A stretch of 64,000 bases of DNA, taken from assembly GCA_964016885.1 (NCBI GenBank), contig OZ024757.1:33976001-34040000 (forward strand). The letters are read 5' to 3'. A model generated the notes under the pieces. The model was not told the origin of the DNA. It ran no database searches and was given only the letters and a program-made list of their open reading frames with translations. The DNA is from Eledone cirrhosa (taxonomy: Eukaryota). A program made the position numbers and the translations under genes. Numbering within the stretch: position 1 is the stretch's first letter; each line of letters begins with the position of its first letter. Of this stretch, positions 11,861 to 29,684 are shown piece by piece.

Positions 11861-13138
11861 TGTGGCGTGTTTAGTCACTTCCTCTCGTACACGTTAATTT
11901 CATGATCAGGCTGTTCCGTTGATCGAAGAACTGGAACACTCACCGTCAAAACCGACGGAGATCCATTCCAATAACACTTCAAGAACAAGTTAGACCCCAC
12001 ATATCACAACCTAGTTTAATGTTATTTCATCTCCCTCTCGTATCCGACCCTTCTCCAGTTTCCATTCCAGTGTTAAACACTGATTGAAACGGTTTCTAAT
12101 TTAAGAATAATTGTTTCTACTTTTGGCACAAAGGCAATATTGAATGGGGGGGGGGGGTCGATTAAATCGACCCCAGTGTATAACTGGTGCTTTATTTTGC
12201 GGGGTTTGAACTGAGAATGTAAAAAGCTGTAGCAAATATTTGCTAAGTATTTTGCCGGATGCTCTACCAGCCTAGAGTGGAAGATTTGAAATGGGATTTG
12301 AATATTGTTTGTTATTTGCCTGGCGGTAAAATACATAGAATACATCAATTGCACATAATACATAAAATACATATAATACATACAATGCATATAATGCATA
12401 CAATACACATAATACATAAAATACATATGCATAACATACATACAATACATATAATAAATCATTTAAATAACTAGAACAGCAGTAATGAATGCTAGGGCAA
12501 TAGAAAATAGATAACTTTATGATGGAAGTAAAAAAAAAAAAGGCTTTTAGATTTTAGCTAGATATTTCTTTTTCTTTGTTTGTTTTGATTTTTGATTTTT
12601 TTTTTGGGGGGGGGGGGGGGTCGTTAGTTTGTCGATATTAAACGGGTTGGGGTGGGATGGAAGAGCCAAGCTATTTTAGAAGAGAGGAGGAGAGGAAGGT
12701 TTTATTTATTTATGTATTTATTCGTTTATTTTATTTTATGATGTTTGGTGGATATGAATCATTAAGAAGTGACGAATAGCAAACAATTGCCGAATAATGT
12801 AAGTTGGGGAAAAGCTAACGTATGGATGGGGGGTAAAGATGGGGGTCGGGTTGGGGTGGGGTTGATAGAATAACAAATACTGTTGTATCAGATTGTTAAA
12901 AAAAACCAATAAACTAAAAAAAAAAAAACGAAACAAAAAAATGGGGGGATTTAGATCACAAACCCAGATGATGATAGGAAGACGAGACCAGGTTTTCCTT
13001 TTCCTTTCTCTATTCTTTTCCGTTTTCTTTTTGAAACATGTAATTCAGTACAACTTTTAGGCTTCGCCATGACCTTGACGTTATGTCACAGCTTTTTGGG
13101 GGGTTACTACTCTGAAGTTACATCATAACTTCGAAGTT

Positions 13139-13500
13139 TCGCCATCACTTTGGAATCTAAATGTAACCAAGTTTCTGGTTTACCGTGAAGCACAGGACGA
13201 GGAGTCATGCACTCTGCAAGGTTAACTTTCATTGGGTATATTAGACTACATAGAGGGGAGAAGCATGACCTCCGTTGGTTTGGGCGAAGAGCGTTTCTCG
13301 CCATCACTTTCGAATTTAAATGTAACCGAGTTTCCGGTTTGCCGTGAAGCTCCCGGCGAGGAGACATGCGCTCTGTAAGGCTAACTTTCATTGGATATAT
13401 TATACTACATAGAGTGAAGGAGGAGAGAGAGAGGAGAAGGAACATGGGGAGAAGAGAGGGGAGAAGGGACGGACCTCAGTCGGTTTGGACGAAGAGCGTT
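13139..13500. repeat. Tandem duplication of a ~160 bp unit
   Basis: TCGCCATCACTTT..AAATGTAACC...ACTACATAGAG...GAAGAGCGTT occurs twice, starting at 13139 and 13298. Confidence 0.85.
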
Positions 13501-13746
13501 CCTGTTCCAGTTATTCGGTCAACGAACCAGCCCGTTAATGAAAAATAACGTGTAAGTGGTCAATCATTCTACAGACACGTATATACTCTTAAAATTATAC
13601 GTAACTCTCAGGAAGATTCAGGAAGGCTCTTTGAGTAAAGGTACAGTCAAAACCGCCCCACTCTCAATAGCGTGAAGCTAATACAACTATGTAATGTTGA
13701 CTCCTGCGTTTATTTGTTTGTCATTTTGAACTATATATATATATAT

Positions 13747-13797
13747 AGTTTCAGAAGATCCCGTTAAGGGTGAAAGCAGCGATTCTTTGCTTAAACT
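13747..13797 (+). ncRNA. Near-intact hammerhead ribozyme (one core substitution)
   Basis: agttt-CAGAAGA-tccc-gttaa-gggt-GAAA-GCA-gcgattctt-TGC-TT-aaact. Perfect 5 bp stem I, AATAAA downstream, TA tracts on both sides. Confidence 0.65.
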
Positions 13798-13813
13798 TTA
13801 ATCTGTTATTTTA

Positions 13814-13876
<63 letters not shown>

Positions 13877-14212
13877 ATATATATATATATATTTCTGTCG
13901 ATCGACCTTTGTCAAATCGGACCGAGGAAACAATGTTTCCGTTCATTGGTCTTTCCAATTGCTAATACTATCTATCGGTCGCAACTCCAGGTAGAAGAGC
14001 AACGTGAAATAAAGTGTCTTGCTCAAATATATATATATATATTGTTATACTTTGGGAGGGTCATGTTGCCAATAAAAACACACGCACCTGTTGGTTTTCA
14101 CGTCAATTTATTATAAATTTCCAGTTGGCTGGTTGGTTCGATAACAGGAAGGTTGTTTATATATTATCAAATCCCGCAAAACAAATTAAAAAACGAATTA
14201 TATATATATATA

Positions 14213-14473
14213 TAATAAAATAAAACAAGGACGAGTGATTACTCCTTCATTACGTTTATTGGTTGGTGACGCGCGTTTCGCCACCGATCAGCTCAAGGTT
14301 CGATCTGTAATCAACGGCTCGGCGGACTTTTTTTGGTGGTACTAATAGAAGTTGTCCTTGTTTTATTTTATTATACTACACCCTTGTCTAGCTCTACACC
14401 TCGATACAGACGTGAACCTAAACATCGAGTGTTCACTCGGGTGAACCTACAGTAACTCCGCGTTACACTCCCT

Positions 14474-14476
<3 letters not shown>
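14213..14476. mobile_element. Penelope-like pLTR element with partial hammerhead (family C)
   Basis: Minus strand GAAACGCGCGTC at 14268-14279 (palindromic stem III plus GUC) followed by AATAAA. Inverted repeats at 14213-14232 and 14354-14373; TA-flanked. Confidence 0.7.
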
Positions 14477-14515
<39 letters not shown>

Positions 14516-14554
14516 ATATTAAATAAATGGAAACTATATTTATAAAACCATATT

Positions 14555-14619
14555 TATTTTATTATATATATTTCAAGGGCAACCAAGACAACATTGGTAC
14601 GCTTTCATCAGATAAAATA
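14555..14619 (-). ncRNA. Type I hammerhead ribozyme (family B)
   Basis: Reverse complement of 14775-14838 with small stem II differences; TCATCAG at 14605-14611. Confidence 0.8.
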
Positions 14620-14774
14620 CAAAGTTTGTTTTATAAATAGAGACATACCCATGAAAATCATACCTTATCGGTTGGAAATTCACTGGATAGTCTATCTATA
14701 GGACTATCCAGTGAATTTCCAACCGATAAGGTATGATTTTCATGGGTATGTCTCTATTTATAAAACAAACTTTG

Positions 14775-14838
14775 TATTTTATCTGATGAAAGCGTACCAA
14801 TGTTGTCTTGGTACCCTTGAAATATATATAATAAAATA
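14775..14838 (+). ncRNA. Type I hammerhead ribozyme (family B)
   Basis: tattttat-CTGATGA-aagcgtaccaa-tgttgtc-ttggtaccctt-GAAA-TATATA-TA-ataaaata; perfect 8 bp stem I. Confidence 0.9.
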
Positions 14839-14986
14839 AATATGGTTTTATAAATATAGTTTCCATTTATTTAATATCATTGAATATTTACTCCAGTTAA
14901 CTGTTGAGTGCTCTAAATCAGCTATAAACATTTATATTTGTCGGACTTCCAACAAATTAAATACGACTTCTACTTATATATATACA

Positions 14987-15664
14987 TCGTTTCTGAATTT
15001 GTTTAGCAAGATTCTTTATCTGAAAACGTGTGTTGAAACCGATACTGTTATACTTTGGGAGGGTCATGTTGCCAATGAGAAACACACGCACCAGTTGCTT
15101 TCACTTCAATTTATTATATATTTATAAATTTATAAATTTACAAATTTACAAACTTATAAATTTCTGGTTGGTTGGTTGGTTCCACAACCAGATAGTTGTT
15201 TATATATATAGTCATAGTCCTTTCGTCACACACTCTGTGATGTGGCACATGCACAAACTGAGCACACAACACACACACAGAAACAAAATGGCGTAGGATA
15301 GAAGAAAGAAAAGGCACAGAAACGAAGAAGGAATCCCCAGTCACTGAAGAGGTCACAGAGTGTGTGACGAAAGGACTATGACTATATATATAAACAACTA
15401 TCTGGTTGTGGAACCAACCAACCAACCAGAAATTTATAAGTTTGTAGATTTGTAAATTTATAAATTTATAAATATATAATAAATTGAAGTGAAAGCAACT
15501 GGTGCGTGTGTTTCTCATTGGCAACATGACCCTCCCAAAGTATAACAATATATATATATATTGTTATGCTTCGGGAGGGTGATGTTGCCAATAACAAGTA
15601 TAACAATATCGGTTTCAACACACGTTTTCAGATAAAGAATCTTGCTAAACAAATTCAGAAACGA
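14987..15664. mobile_element. Large fold-back element with hammerhead (family E)
   Basis: Arms 14987-15240 and 15353-15664 around a ~110 nt spacer. Related fragments at 14041-14200 and 33981-34075. Confidence 0.85.
15339..15383 (+). ncRNA. Complete minimal type I hammerhead ribozyme (family E)
   Basis: agtca-CTGAAGA-g-gtcaca-gagtg-tgtgac-GAAA-GGAC-TA-tgact; perfect 5 bp stem I and 6 bp stem II. Confidence 0.88.
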
Positions 15665-15714
<50 letters not shown>

Positions 15715-15801
15715 TATATTTATGTGTATATATATATGCATATATGTGTGTGTGTATATACATATGCCAATATATATATATGAAATGCTTTGAAAGCGCT
15801 A

Positions 15802-15895
15802 AATATATCTGAGGACCTTGCGAATGCAAAGTCAGGTTCGATCTGCAATAGATCCTGCCTTGAGCTGATCGTCAGAGAAACATATGTAATATATT
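15802..15895 (+). ncRNA. Hammerhead ribozyme with long, partly decayed stem II (family F)
   Basis: aatatat-CTGAGGA-(61 nt)-GAAA-CATATG-TA-atatatt-AATAAA; palindromic stem III ACATATGT. Confidence 0.7.
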
Positions 15896-15934
15896 AATAA
15901 ATTGTGTTTTGATGCATCACTGATTCCTCGTTAT

Positions 15935-15986
<52 letters not shown>

Positions 15987-15998
15987 ACATAAGAAACG

Positions 15999-16182
15999 TA
16001 AGAAACGGAGAATCAGTGGTGCGACGAATTAAAATGTATTAGACATATTACAATCGTTTCTCTGGCGACCAGCTCGAGGCACGATCGATGCGATGATCGA
16101 ACCTCGAGCTGGTCGCCAGAGAAACGATTGTAATATGTCTAATAAGTTTTAATTCGTCGCACCACTGATTCTCCGTTTCTTA
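15999..16182. mobile_element. Fold-back palindrome centred on hammerhead stem II (family F)
   Basis: Arms pair across TCTGGCGACCAGCTCGAGG...CCTCGAGCTGGTCGCCAGA, followed by GAAA-CGATTG-TA at 16121-16132. Tail is homologous to 15877-15935. Confidence 0.82.
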
Positions 16183-16262
16183 TATGATATTACACTCTGT
16201 TCTGTAAGAGCATAGAAGGCTCAAACGGCCTACCGCATACGGACGCTTTAAGCATCCCACAC

Positions 16263-16300
<38 letters not shown>

Positions 16301-16307
<7 letters not shown>

Positions 16308-16606
16308 GAATATATGAGAGAGATGAACTCAGATATAAATATATATGTGTTCCAATTGCAAAGGACCAAGTTAGCCAGGAATGGAGGCTTTCACTTAATA
16401 ATTCTTGCGGAACAGATTTAGGTCTGTCTGGGTATCAAAGGCTGTTGCTCGATATAGGTTTGTTAGATTTATTACTTTAAATCGCGTCAGGCAAACCATA
16501 TTGTATTAAGTTAGTATTTTTTTTTAACCTAGTTAACTTGGTCCTTTGCAGTTGGAACACATGTATGTTTATATATGTGTTCATCTCTCTCATATATTCA
16601 ATTATA
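16301..16606. mobile_element. Inverted-repeat element (~70 bp arms), possible decayed hammerhead in the spacer
   Basis: Arms 16301-16371 and 16533-16606; the spacer contains AAATCGCGTC-aggcaaacc. Confidence 0.6.
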
Positions 16607-16683
16607 TTACACGGCTCGGAAAGATTCCCTTCTTTGAGCTATTTAATTGTAAAAGCCTATTTTGAGTTTCTAACTCAATGTAT

Positions 16684-16757
<74 letters not shown>

Positions 16758-16778
16758 TGACTGATACCTTTCAAAGCG

Positions 16779-16904
16779 GCGGTAGCAATATATGAAAGGC
16801 AAAAGATGACAAATAAAACAGAACAGTGTAATGTTTTACCCAGTATATTTCAATATAATGTTTGTTTTATTTGTCATCCTTTACCCTTTATATAGTTTTA
16901 CCGC
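16779..16904. repeat. Imperfect inverted repeat (MITE- or pLTR-like)
   Basis: GCGGTAGCAATATATGAAAGGCAAAAGATGACAAATAAAAC pairs with GTTTTATTTGTCATCCTTTACCCTTTATATAGTTTTACCGC. Confidence 0.65.
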
Positions 16905-17001
16905 ACTGCACCGGCTTTTTCAGACTTTGCAGTCATTTGCTACATAACTCATAAATTTTTATATATATATATTTACACACACACACATATATATATATAT
17001 A

Positions 17002-17442
17002 TGTTGTTGTTGTTGTTGCTGTTATTGTTGTTGTTATAACTGTTGCTGTTATTGTTGTTGTTGTTGTTGTTGTTGTTATAACTGTGGTTGTTATTGTTAT
17101 CCTTATTTTATGGTGAAACATTTGGTCTTGTTGCTGCTGTTGTTGCTGTTGTTGTTGTTGTTGCTGCAGTTGTTGTTGTTGTTGCTGCAGTTGTTGTTGT
17201 TGTTGTTGCTGTTGTTATCCTTATATGGTGAAACACTTCACCTTCTTGTTGTTGCTGCTGCTGCTGTTGTTGTTGCTGTTGTATGGTGAAACACTTCACC
17301 TTGTTGTTGTTGTTGTTGCTGTTGTATGGTGAAACACTTCACCTTGTTGTTGTTGTTGCTGTTGCTGCTGTTGCATGGTGAAACGCTTCCCCTTGTTGTT
17401 GTTGCTGTTGTTATTATCCTTATTATATGGTGAAGCACTTCG
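17002..17442. repeat. (TTG)n tract punctuated by ATGGTGAAACACTTCACC motifs
   Basis: The motif recurs ~6 times between variable-length TTG/CTG runs. Confidence 0.85.
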
Positions 17443-17816
17443 TCTGCCGGACTGTCATTATTGATTAAAGTTGCCTTGCTTAAGGAACCTCTCACACTCT
17501 TTGTATTAACTACATCCTACACCCACCATAATATGGGTCAACTTTACTTTACATAGAGAACAGGTGGTAGATAGGAAGGGAGGGAGGCCGATTACCTTAT
17601 CGATTACCCCCTCCTACGATGTCACCCCCTCCCCCTCCCCTCTTCTTCCCATCCATCTATTAATCTCCGTCACCCTCTCTATATCTCTCTATATCTTGCC
17701 TTCATCTTTTTATCCTCCTTACTCTCCTTTTCAACCCTTCCCTTTCCTGCGATAAACAGGACACCGTGCCTTATTTGCGTATATTTTTCTCTGTGTTTTC
17801 TGTATATGGGTGTGAG

Positions 17817-17852
<36 letters not shown>

Positions 17853-18164
17853 TGTATGTATGTATGTATGTATATGTATGTATATATGTATGTTTCTCTT
17901 TCTCTTGATTTCGAGTACTTTTTTGACCGGCCACCTTCCTGGTGGCAAGGTTGTAACAGAAAAGAAATTGTCATCCCTTGAATCGCAAGAATGTTTTGAA
18001 AATTTTGAAGACGTCAGCTATGGCAGCCATTTATAGTCTGCGTTCTTAGTCCAGAAATCCAAGTTGTTATACTTTGGTCCAAGCGGGTTGGTATATAACC
18101 TGTAGCTCCAATAATGACGGGTTTGTATGTATGGATGTATGTATGTATGCGTGTATATATGTAT

Positions 18165-18522
18165 GGAGAAGGAAAACTCTGATATAACACCTGCAACTCT
18201 GATGGTATCCAATGATGTTGACTTGTTCTTCTTTTTGGTAAATATCATCTTGGTTAAGAGAGTGGGACTGGCTTTGTGCAGTGCCTTTGCTCACTATAAA
18301 AGCTTCACGGCACAGGCATTGCTTTATATCTGGAGATCTCTTTGCACTTGTTGTCACATGGTACCATGGGCCCAGCACTATGTGTCAATAATTGTCACAA
18401 GTGTAGTGTTTGTACCAGAGTTTTCAAGTCGCTGGCTGGACTAAAAAGTCACATTCGGTAGGGGTTCTCCTACATGGATATAAAGTAGTGGCCGTACTCG
18501 AAAACGAGTTGGCAGCCACCAT
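18165..18522 (+). repeat. Dispersed ~360 bp repeat, copy 2
   Basis: Near-identical to 2284-2653 with a ~10 nt deletion. Confidence 0.8.
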
Positions 18523-18714
18523 ATATATGTATGTACGTGTGTATGTATGCGTGTAATGTATATATATATATATATATATCTTTACCCCCCCCCCCCCCTC
18601 CCTTTTTTTTCAATTATATATACAGTGTGTCGCCCCCAAAATGTTCACTTACTTCAACAACATTCTAATAAATGTGTGTATTCCTTTTGGGGGTCATCCT
18701 CTCTCTCTCTCTCT

Positions 18715-18759
<45 letters not shown>

Positions 18760-18772
18760 CGCTTAGATACAT

Positions 18773-19014
<242 letters not shown>

Positions 19015-19025
19015 TCTTATTGTTT

Positions 19026-19118
<93 letters not shown>

Positions 19119-19387
19119 TATTCTAACAACATGGCCGCTCTAGCGCAATCTATATTGAATTATGAGAGATTCAATACTTTCAAAATGGCTTCGTTCCAGC
19201 ACTTCAACATCACTCATATGTGATTGCCAATGGATACGGAGAATTCAGCGAAAACACTGTTGATGAAAATATTCAAGCATTTTTATATTTCGGTGGTATG
19301 TGACCCAAGTTTCACATACACATAACAATGAAAGCAATACACATGTTCTGTACACCTTTAACTTTGTATCAATGGAAATACTACGTG

Positions 19388-21725
19388 AACCAGAGACGCT
19401 TATCTAATTTACTAAAAGAATCGTTTGCTTTCTTTAGTCATAACGGGATTTCATCATCAAAGGTGTTTGTCATATTAACTGTGCTGCCTAAATACACAAG
19501 TTTATCCACAACCTTCAATGTTTTGCTATACATATAAATGCTAGGTTCAGTGAAATCCTTGCCTGGAGTTGGTTGATGCATGACAACTGTCTTGGCCAGA
19601 CTGATTGTCAGACACAATGCGTTGTATGTCTCTGGGAAAGAATCCATCAGGTGCTGCATATCACCCTCAGAGTGAGCAACAAGATCACAATCATCTGCAT
19701 ACAAACATGTATGTATTAAAGAAGTGAACACCTTTATTTTGACAGCGAACCGACCGATGTTAAACAACTTGCCTGTCGAACGATACTTGATATAAATTCC
19801 ATGTTTGCAGTCCTCAAATTCCATAAGGAAAACCATAGAGAAATACAATGCAAATAATGTAGATGCTAGTATACCCTCCATTTTTTACCCCATTTTCAAC
19901 AAAAACGGGATCTGACACCTGTCTATCTATATTGACACAAGCTTGCATACCATCATGAAAACCTCTCAGAACTGATACAAACTTGTCAGGACAACCAAGC
20001 TTAGTCAGAATCCATCAGGTAGTCTATTCACCGTATCAAAAACCTTTGTCAAATCAACAAAGACGGGATACAAATCCATTCCCTGTTCGATGCAAGTTTC
20101 TTCTAGTTGCATCACAGAGAAAATCATCTCTGTTTTACCGCTGCCACCTCTAAACCCACAATGCACACTGCGACTCAAGAAGAACATTGCCTGTGATGTT
20201 ATTAAGCATGATCTTACACAAGACTTTGCCCATAAATAACAGGAGGGCTATCCCACGATAATTACCGCCATCATCCTGTGTACCTTTTCCTTTATAAAGC
20301 ACCCCCATTAATTCACCTTCCCAATCCTTACGTATCAGGTTTGTAAGAAGTCGAAGAACGTTTCGACTTTCACATTTCAGTACCTCAGCACAAACATTAT
20401 CCCTCTCTGGCGATCTTCCATTATTGAGTTGTTTTACAGCCAGTTCTACTTCCTCCAATGTAGGACTTTCAGTTAGTATATGTTGGCATATCATTTGTAG
20501 GCCAACTAGGAACTGAGTCAATAAACTCCCTATTGACCCGGGAAGGCGTTTTCAAAATTTCATTGAGGTGTTCCCATACCTCAAAAGGATGACTTTTGGG
20601 TCTCTAAACAATTTATTACTATTTTGAGATTTCAGAGGTGTAATTGGAGAGGAATAAGGAAAATAGACTTCTCGGAATAAGCTGTAAAGTGGCTCTGTAT
20701 TGTTGGCATCAGCCGCAGCCTGAATCTCCTTCGCTTTACTTCTCCATTATACATCTTGCATGATACGGAGCTTGTGCTGTAAGTTAGCCTTCACCTCCTT
20801 TAACAACATCTCACTCTTTCCAGCTCCTTGTCCTCCTGTAAGCTTCTTATAATCGCTGTCTTCTTTTCATTAAGTAGCATTTCAATCTCTTCCCCATTTT
20901 CCTCAAACCAATCTTGATGTTTCCTATTAATAAAACTAAGAATAGATACCAAATTATCATAAACCGGATTTTTGAAATCTTTCCATTACATCTTGTCTAA
21001 CCTTCTCACCAGCTCATCCTTTATTGAAGTATTCTTATATTTATATTTATCATATGCCACTGCTTAGAACTTGGATACATCCAGGTTGTTTTGTGCTTTT
21101 CCTACTGGGAGAAACTGTTAGCTATACAAAGACTTAACTCCTGACACATTTGCAGATGTAACAAGCCATTACTATTACATTTTGCAATCCTATGTTTGCC
21201 AATCACACCCCACGTGTTCTTGTCCTTTCCAACCCTAGCATTAAAATCCCCAAGTATGAGAATTTTATCAGATCGGGGCATCTTCCGGACACATTCTTTT
21301 AAGGAAAGATAAAATACAAGCTTTTCGTCTTCGGTAGCGCACATAGTCAGAACATATACTACACTCACAAATGTAACACCTATTTTTAGATAGTAGAACC
21401 CTCTTATAAATGAGCTGATCAGTGAAGCCACGAGGAAACTAATATAGTCTGGAAGCAATTGTATTTTTAACAACAAATGGCACTTCAGCCTCTTTCTTGC
21501 ATCCTTCTGGCCTTCCACTCCAATAAAAAGTGTATCCAGCGGATTGGTCCTGAAAAATGACCCTCCTCAACAAACCAACATCCATGTTATAAGGTTGAAC
21601 CTCTTTCGTCACAACTGCTCACCTTCTTTCAGGACGAGACGATGTAGGTTCACAGTCTGACAATGTCCGTACATTCCAGCAACCAATATAAAAAATGTTT
21701 GGTTTTGGTTTTCTCGAAGTCGCCG
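19388..21725 (-). mobile_element. Degenerate RTE-clade LINE (AP endonuclease plus reverse transcriptase)
   Basis: IGCWNVRTL near 21660-21690, ILGDFNARVG, NYRGIALL, FVDLTKVFDTVNR, LYADD, YLGS; multiple stops and frameshifts. Confidence 0.95.
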
Positions 21726-22149
21726 GATGTCACTGGGCTCAGGCTACAGTGCCCTGAGATTCCTGCCGAGCCAGACCCTTTCACTTCTTGTTGCAGAGCC
21801 CTTATTACCATTAACTAATACGTTATTGTTTGAGTTCGTTTTTAAATGTTTTGGTTTTCTCAGCTACCGCCATCCATGCTCATGCAACACACGTGATGCC
21901 TGTGAATAATGTTTTCTTAATTGAAGAAAGTCATTTCAATGGACCAATCCTACTCTCTGAACAACGGTGTCAGGTATCCGAAAAAGAACAGGTCCACAGC
22001 CTTGGCTGCCATCGAGTCGTAGTTTTACATCAAAGTTTTCCTTCTAGAATGATGTCCAAACAAAGACCAGGTCTCTTTCACTCTCGTTGGGCCAACTACG
22101 CGCTCGGGCAACAAATCGAGTATTTCTGCGCGCATATATATATTTATAA

Positions 22150-22196
<47 letters not shown>

Positions 22197-22559
22197 AACT
22201 CAGGAGAGTCAACGGTCAGCCAATAACCTTTTTTTTTTTATGGGGCAGTGGACTGATATAACCCGTCTTCGTTAAGACATACATACATACATAACACACA
22301 GACACACACACATACACATACATACAGACACACACACATACATACACAGTTCATAACTAAATTTCAATGAAAGAAGACTTGTTTCTTGGTTAGGAACCGG
22401 CTTCTCCATTGGTAAGACATTTGAATATAACTAGAAAAAAACCAACCAACACATTCACACATACACACATGATATATATACATATAAATATTCTCTCTCT
22501 ATCTCTCTCTATATATATACACACACACATATATATATATATATACATATATATAAATA

Positions 22560-27530
<4,971 letters not shown>

Positions 27531-28879
27531 ATAACATTAGGCAATGTCCATTGCTGTACCTTGTGTCAGGCAGCCTAGCATGAAAATTAATCACTCCTCC
27601 ATCTCCACAGTCGAATGGCTAAGGATAGAATAGACAACCAACCGTGAAAACATAACATTATCTGTTGCCACATTTTCACAACTAGCCACTTTAACTAAAA
27701 ACGTCGGCATGCAACACGCACGCGCACGCGTGTGTGTGTATGCATACGTATGTGTGTATGTATGTGTGTGTGTGTTGATATATTTGTGTTTGGGGTTTGG
27801 TTTGGTATAAAAGTAAAATTATTGATGTTATGAATGGAAAATTCCGACAAAGTCCTTCCTAGTTTAGGAAAATTGGTAGGGTGAGATTTGAGGAAGATTT
27901 AGCTTTTATTTCTAACACAAAGATGTGGTAATGAGCTTATTGTATGTATGTATATATGGTCCTGTAATTCTTGAGGGAGTCGTATGGGCTTCGATTTGGC
28001 ATACGGCGTTTCTAGGGTTTCTTTTAAAAGCTTGCGGAGCCCATCTCTCCAGGTCTGAACATAACATACTTCAATGAGGGAATGGAAATGAGAAAGAGAT
28101 ATAGAGGAAGAATCGATTCCAGTACTAGACTGGTATTTAAAAAAATTTTTTTATCAACCTTCAATGAATGAAAGACAAAGTTGACCTCGGCCGGATTTGA
28201 ACACAGAGAGCCGAAATAAATATCACAAATCATTCTATCCACGTTCTAACGACAATTTCCCCCCTAAGCCTATTGTAGTTATATTGTTTTTACCACAGGA
28301 GAAATAAACACAAAATTGAGACACGGTTTCACAACCTGTTGAGGACAGATTTGCTTTCAATTGTTCCGGGATCGATGTAATAAGTTCATCTTCTTTTTAA
28401 GTTCCATTTATTCCTTGTGGAAGGACGCCGGCTCCCATACCAAAGCTGTACTAATGGAGACTTCCAGCGTCCATACCCCCTCTACTCGACCACATCCCTC
28501 CACACTGCTATTGGAGCGGAATTGGTTGTCCGCAGGTGCGAGCCCCATGAGGTGTAGTCGCTGTTCGAGCGTGTCTCCTTCATCGTTCTCCGGAGCAGTG
28601 TCTTCTCCATGCTGTTGGCCACGAATACGAGGCGGATGACAGATTAGGGTAGGAAAATGGCGCCTGTCTTCAGACACTGATGTTGTTTACAGGAAACCAA
28701 TCACACAAGACAAATTATCTCAGTCAATACTTAGTTACTCTTATAATGAGTAGTAACTCTATGCAGCAGCCAAAGTGTAACTTCACACACGCACTTGATA
28801 TTTTTATCTTGATCTAGGGTCTTGAAATCACTCACGGAGGAGGAAACTCTCCCTGGACTCCTTCCACCGACTTCTCTCA

Positions 28880-29490
28880 CCTGTCAGTCTTGGCCATGAG
28901 GGTCCCAGGTGGTTGGTGGGGTCGTCTCGCCATCTTGTCCTTTTGATCTTGTCCATTTTCTTGGTGTTAACTCTGTCACTCTGATCGTCCATCTATTGTC
29001 ACTGAGTCTCCAGATGTGGCCAGACCATCTGTTGTCACTGAGTCGTGAGATGTGGCCAGCCCATCTGTTGTCACCGAGTCTCAAGATGTGGCCAGCCCAT
29101 CTGCTGTCATCGAGTCGCGAGTTGTGGCCAGCCCATTTGTTGTCTGAGTCGCGAGATGTGGCCAGCCCATTTGTTGTCACTGAGTCGCGAGATGTGGCCA
29201 GCCCATCTGTTGTCACTGAGTCTCCAGATGTGGCCAGCCCCTCTGTTGTCACTGAGTCTCCAGATGTGGCCAGCCCCTCTGTTGTCACTGAGTCTCCAGA
29301 TCATCTGTGTTTGTTCGTCTTGATGGTTGTTATGTCGGTGACTCCAGTTTGTTGTCAGATCCAAATGTTCTTCTTCTTGCCACACAGCGTGATATTCAAC
29401 ATGATGTGCTCCATCTTTCCCTGGGCGACACTGAGTATGTCCTTCTTAGAGTTATTCAGCGCCCATGTCTCACTACCATACGTCAAGATT
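28880..29490 (-). mobile_element. RTE-type LINE fragment with an internal 36-bp minisatellite
   Basis: LTYGSETWAL..., repeated WAGHIxRLSDNR and RWTIRVTELTPR; tandem units at 28990-29300. Confidence 0.85.
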
Positions 29491-29684
29491 GTCCGCTTTA
29501 TTCTCATGGTAGCCTTGGGACTCTTCGTGATATTTGTATATGTTTCTTTATATTACAATTTTGAAGTCTGTCTTGTTTTTGTATAAACAACTTTGATTCC
29601 AGTATGAATGCCACACTTCCCACATCACACGACAGTAAATGTTGGACAATTATAATCTGATAAGAGCAACGTAACACGATAACT

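Larger units (their letters stand above)
14511..14975. mobile_element. Penelope-like fold-back element, family B copy 2
   Basis: Near-perfect arms 14511-14692 and 14702-14882 with a ~9 nt loop; one-sided tail to 14975. Confidence 0.9.

Noticed and set aside
11252-11878. 208-aa Asp/Gly-rich ORF resembling an acidic biomineralisation protein
   Set aside because: GAT trinucleotide tract open in several frames; no signal peptide or splice context.
17002-17442. Regularly recurring ATGGTGAAACAC motif as a CRISPR-like repeat
   Set aside because: The intervening sequences are TTG runs, not unique spacers.
28408-28677. 89-aa ORF as the autonomous Penelope reverse transcriptase
   Set aside because: Resemblance is faint and there are no YVDD or GIY-YIG motifs. 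No autonomous Penelope ORF was found anywhere in the window.
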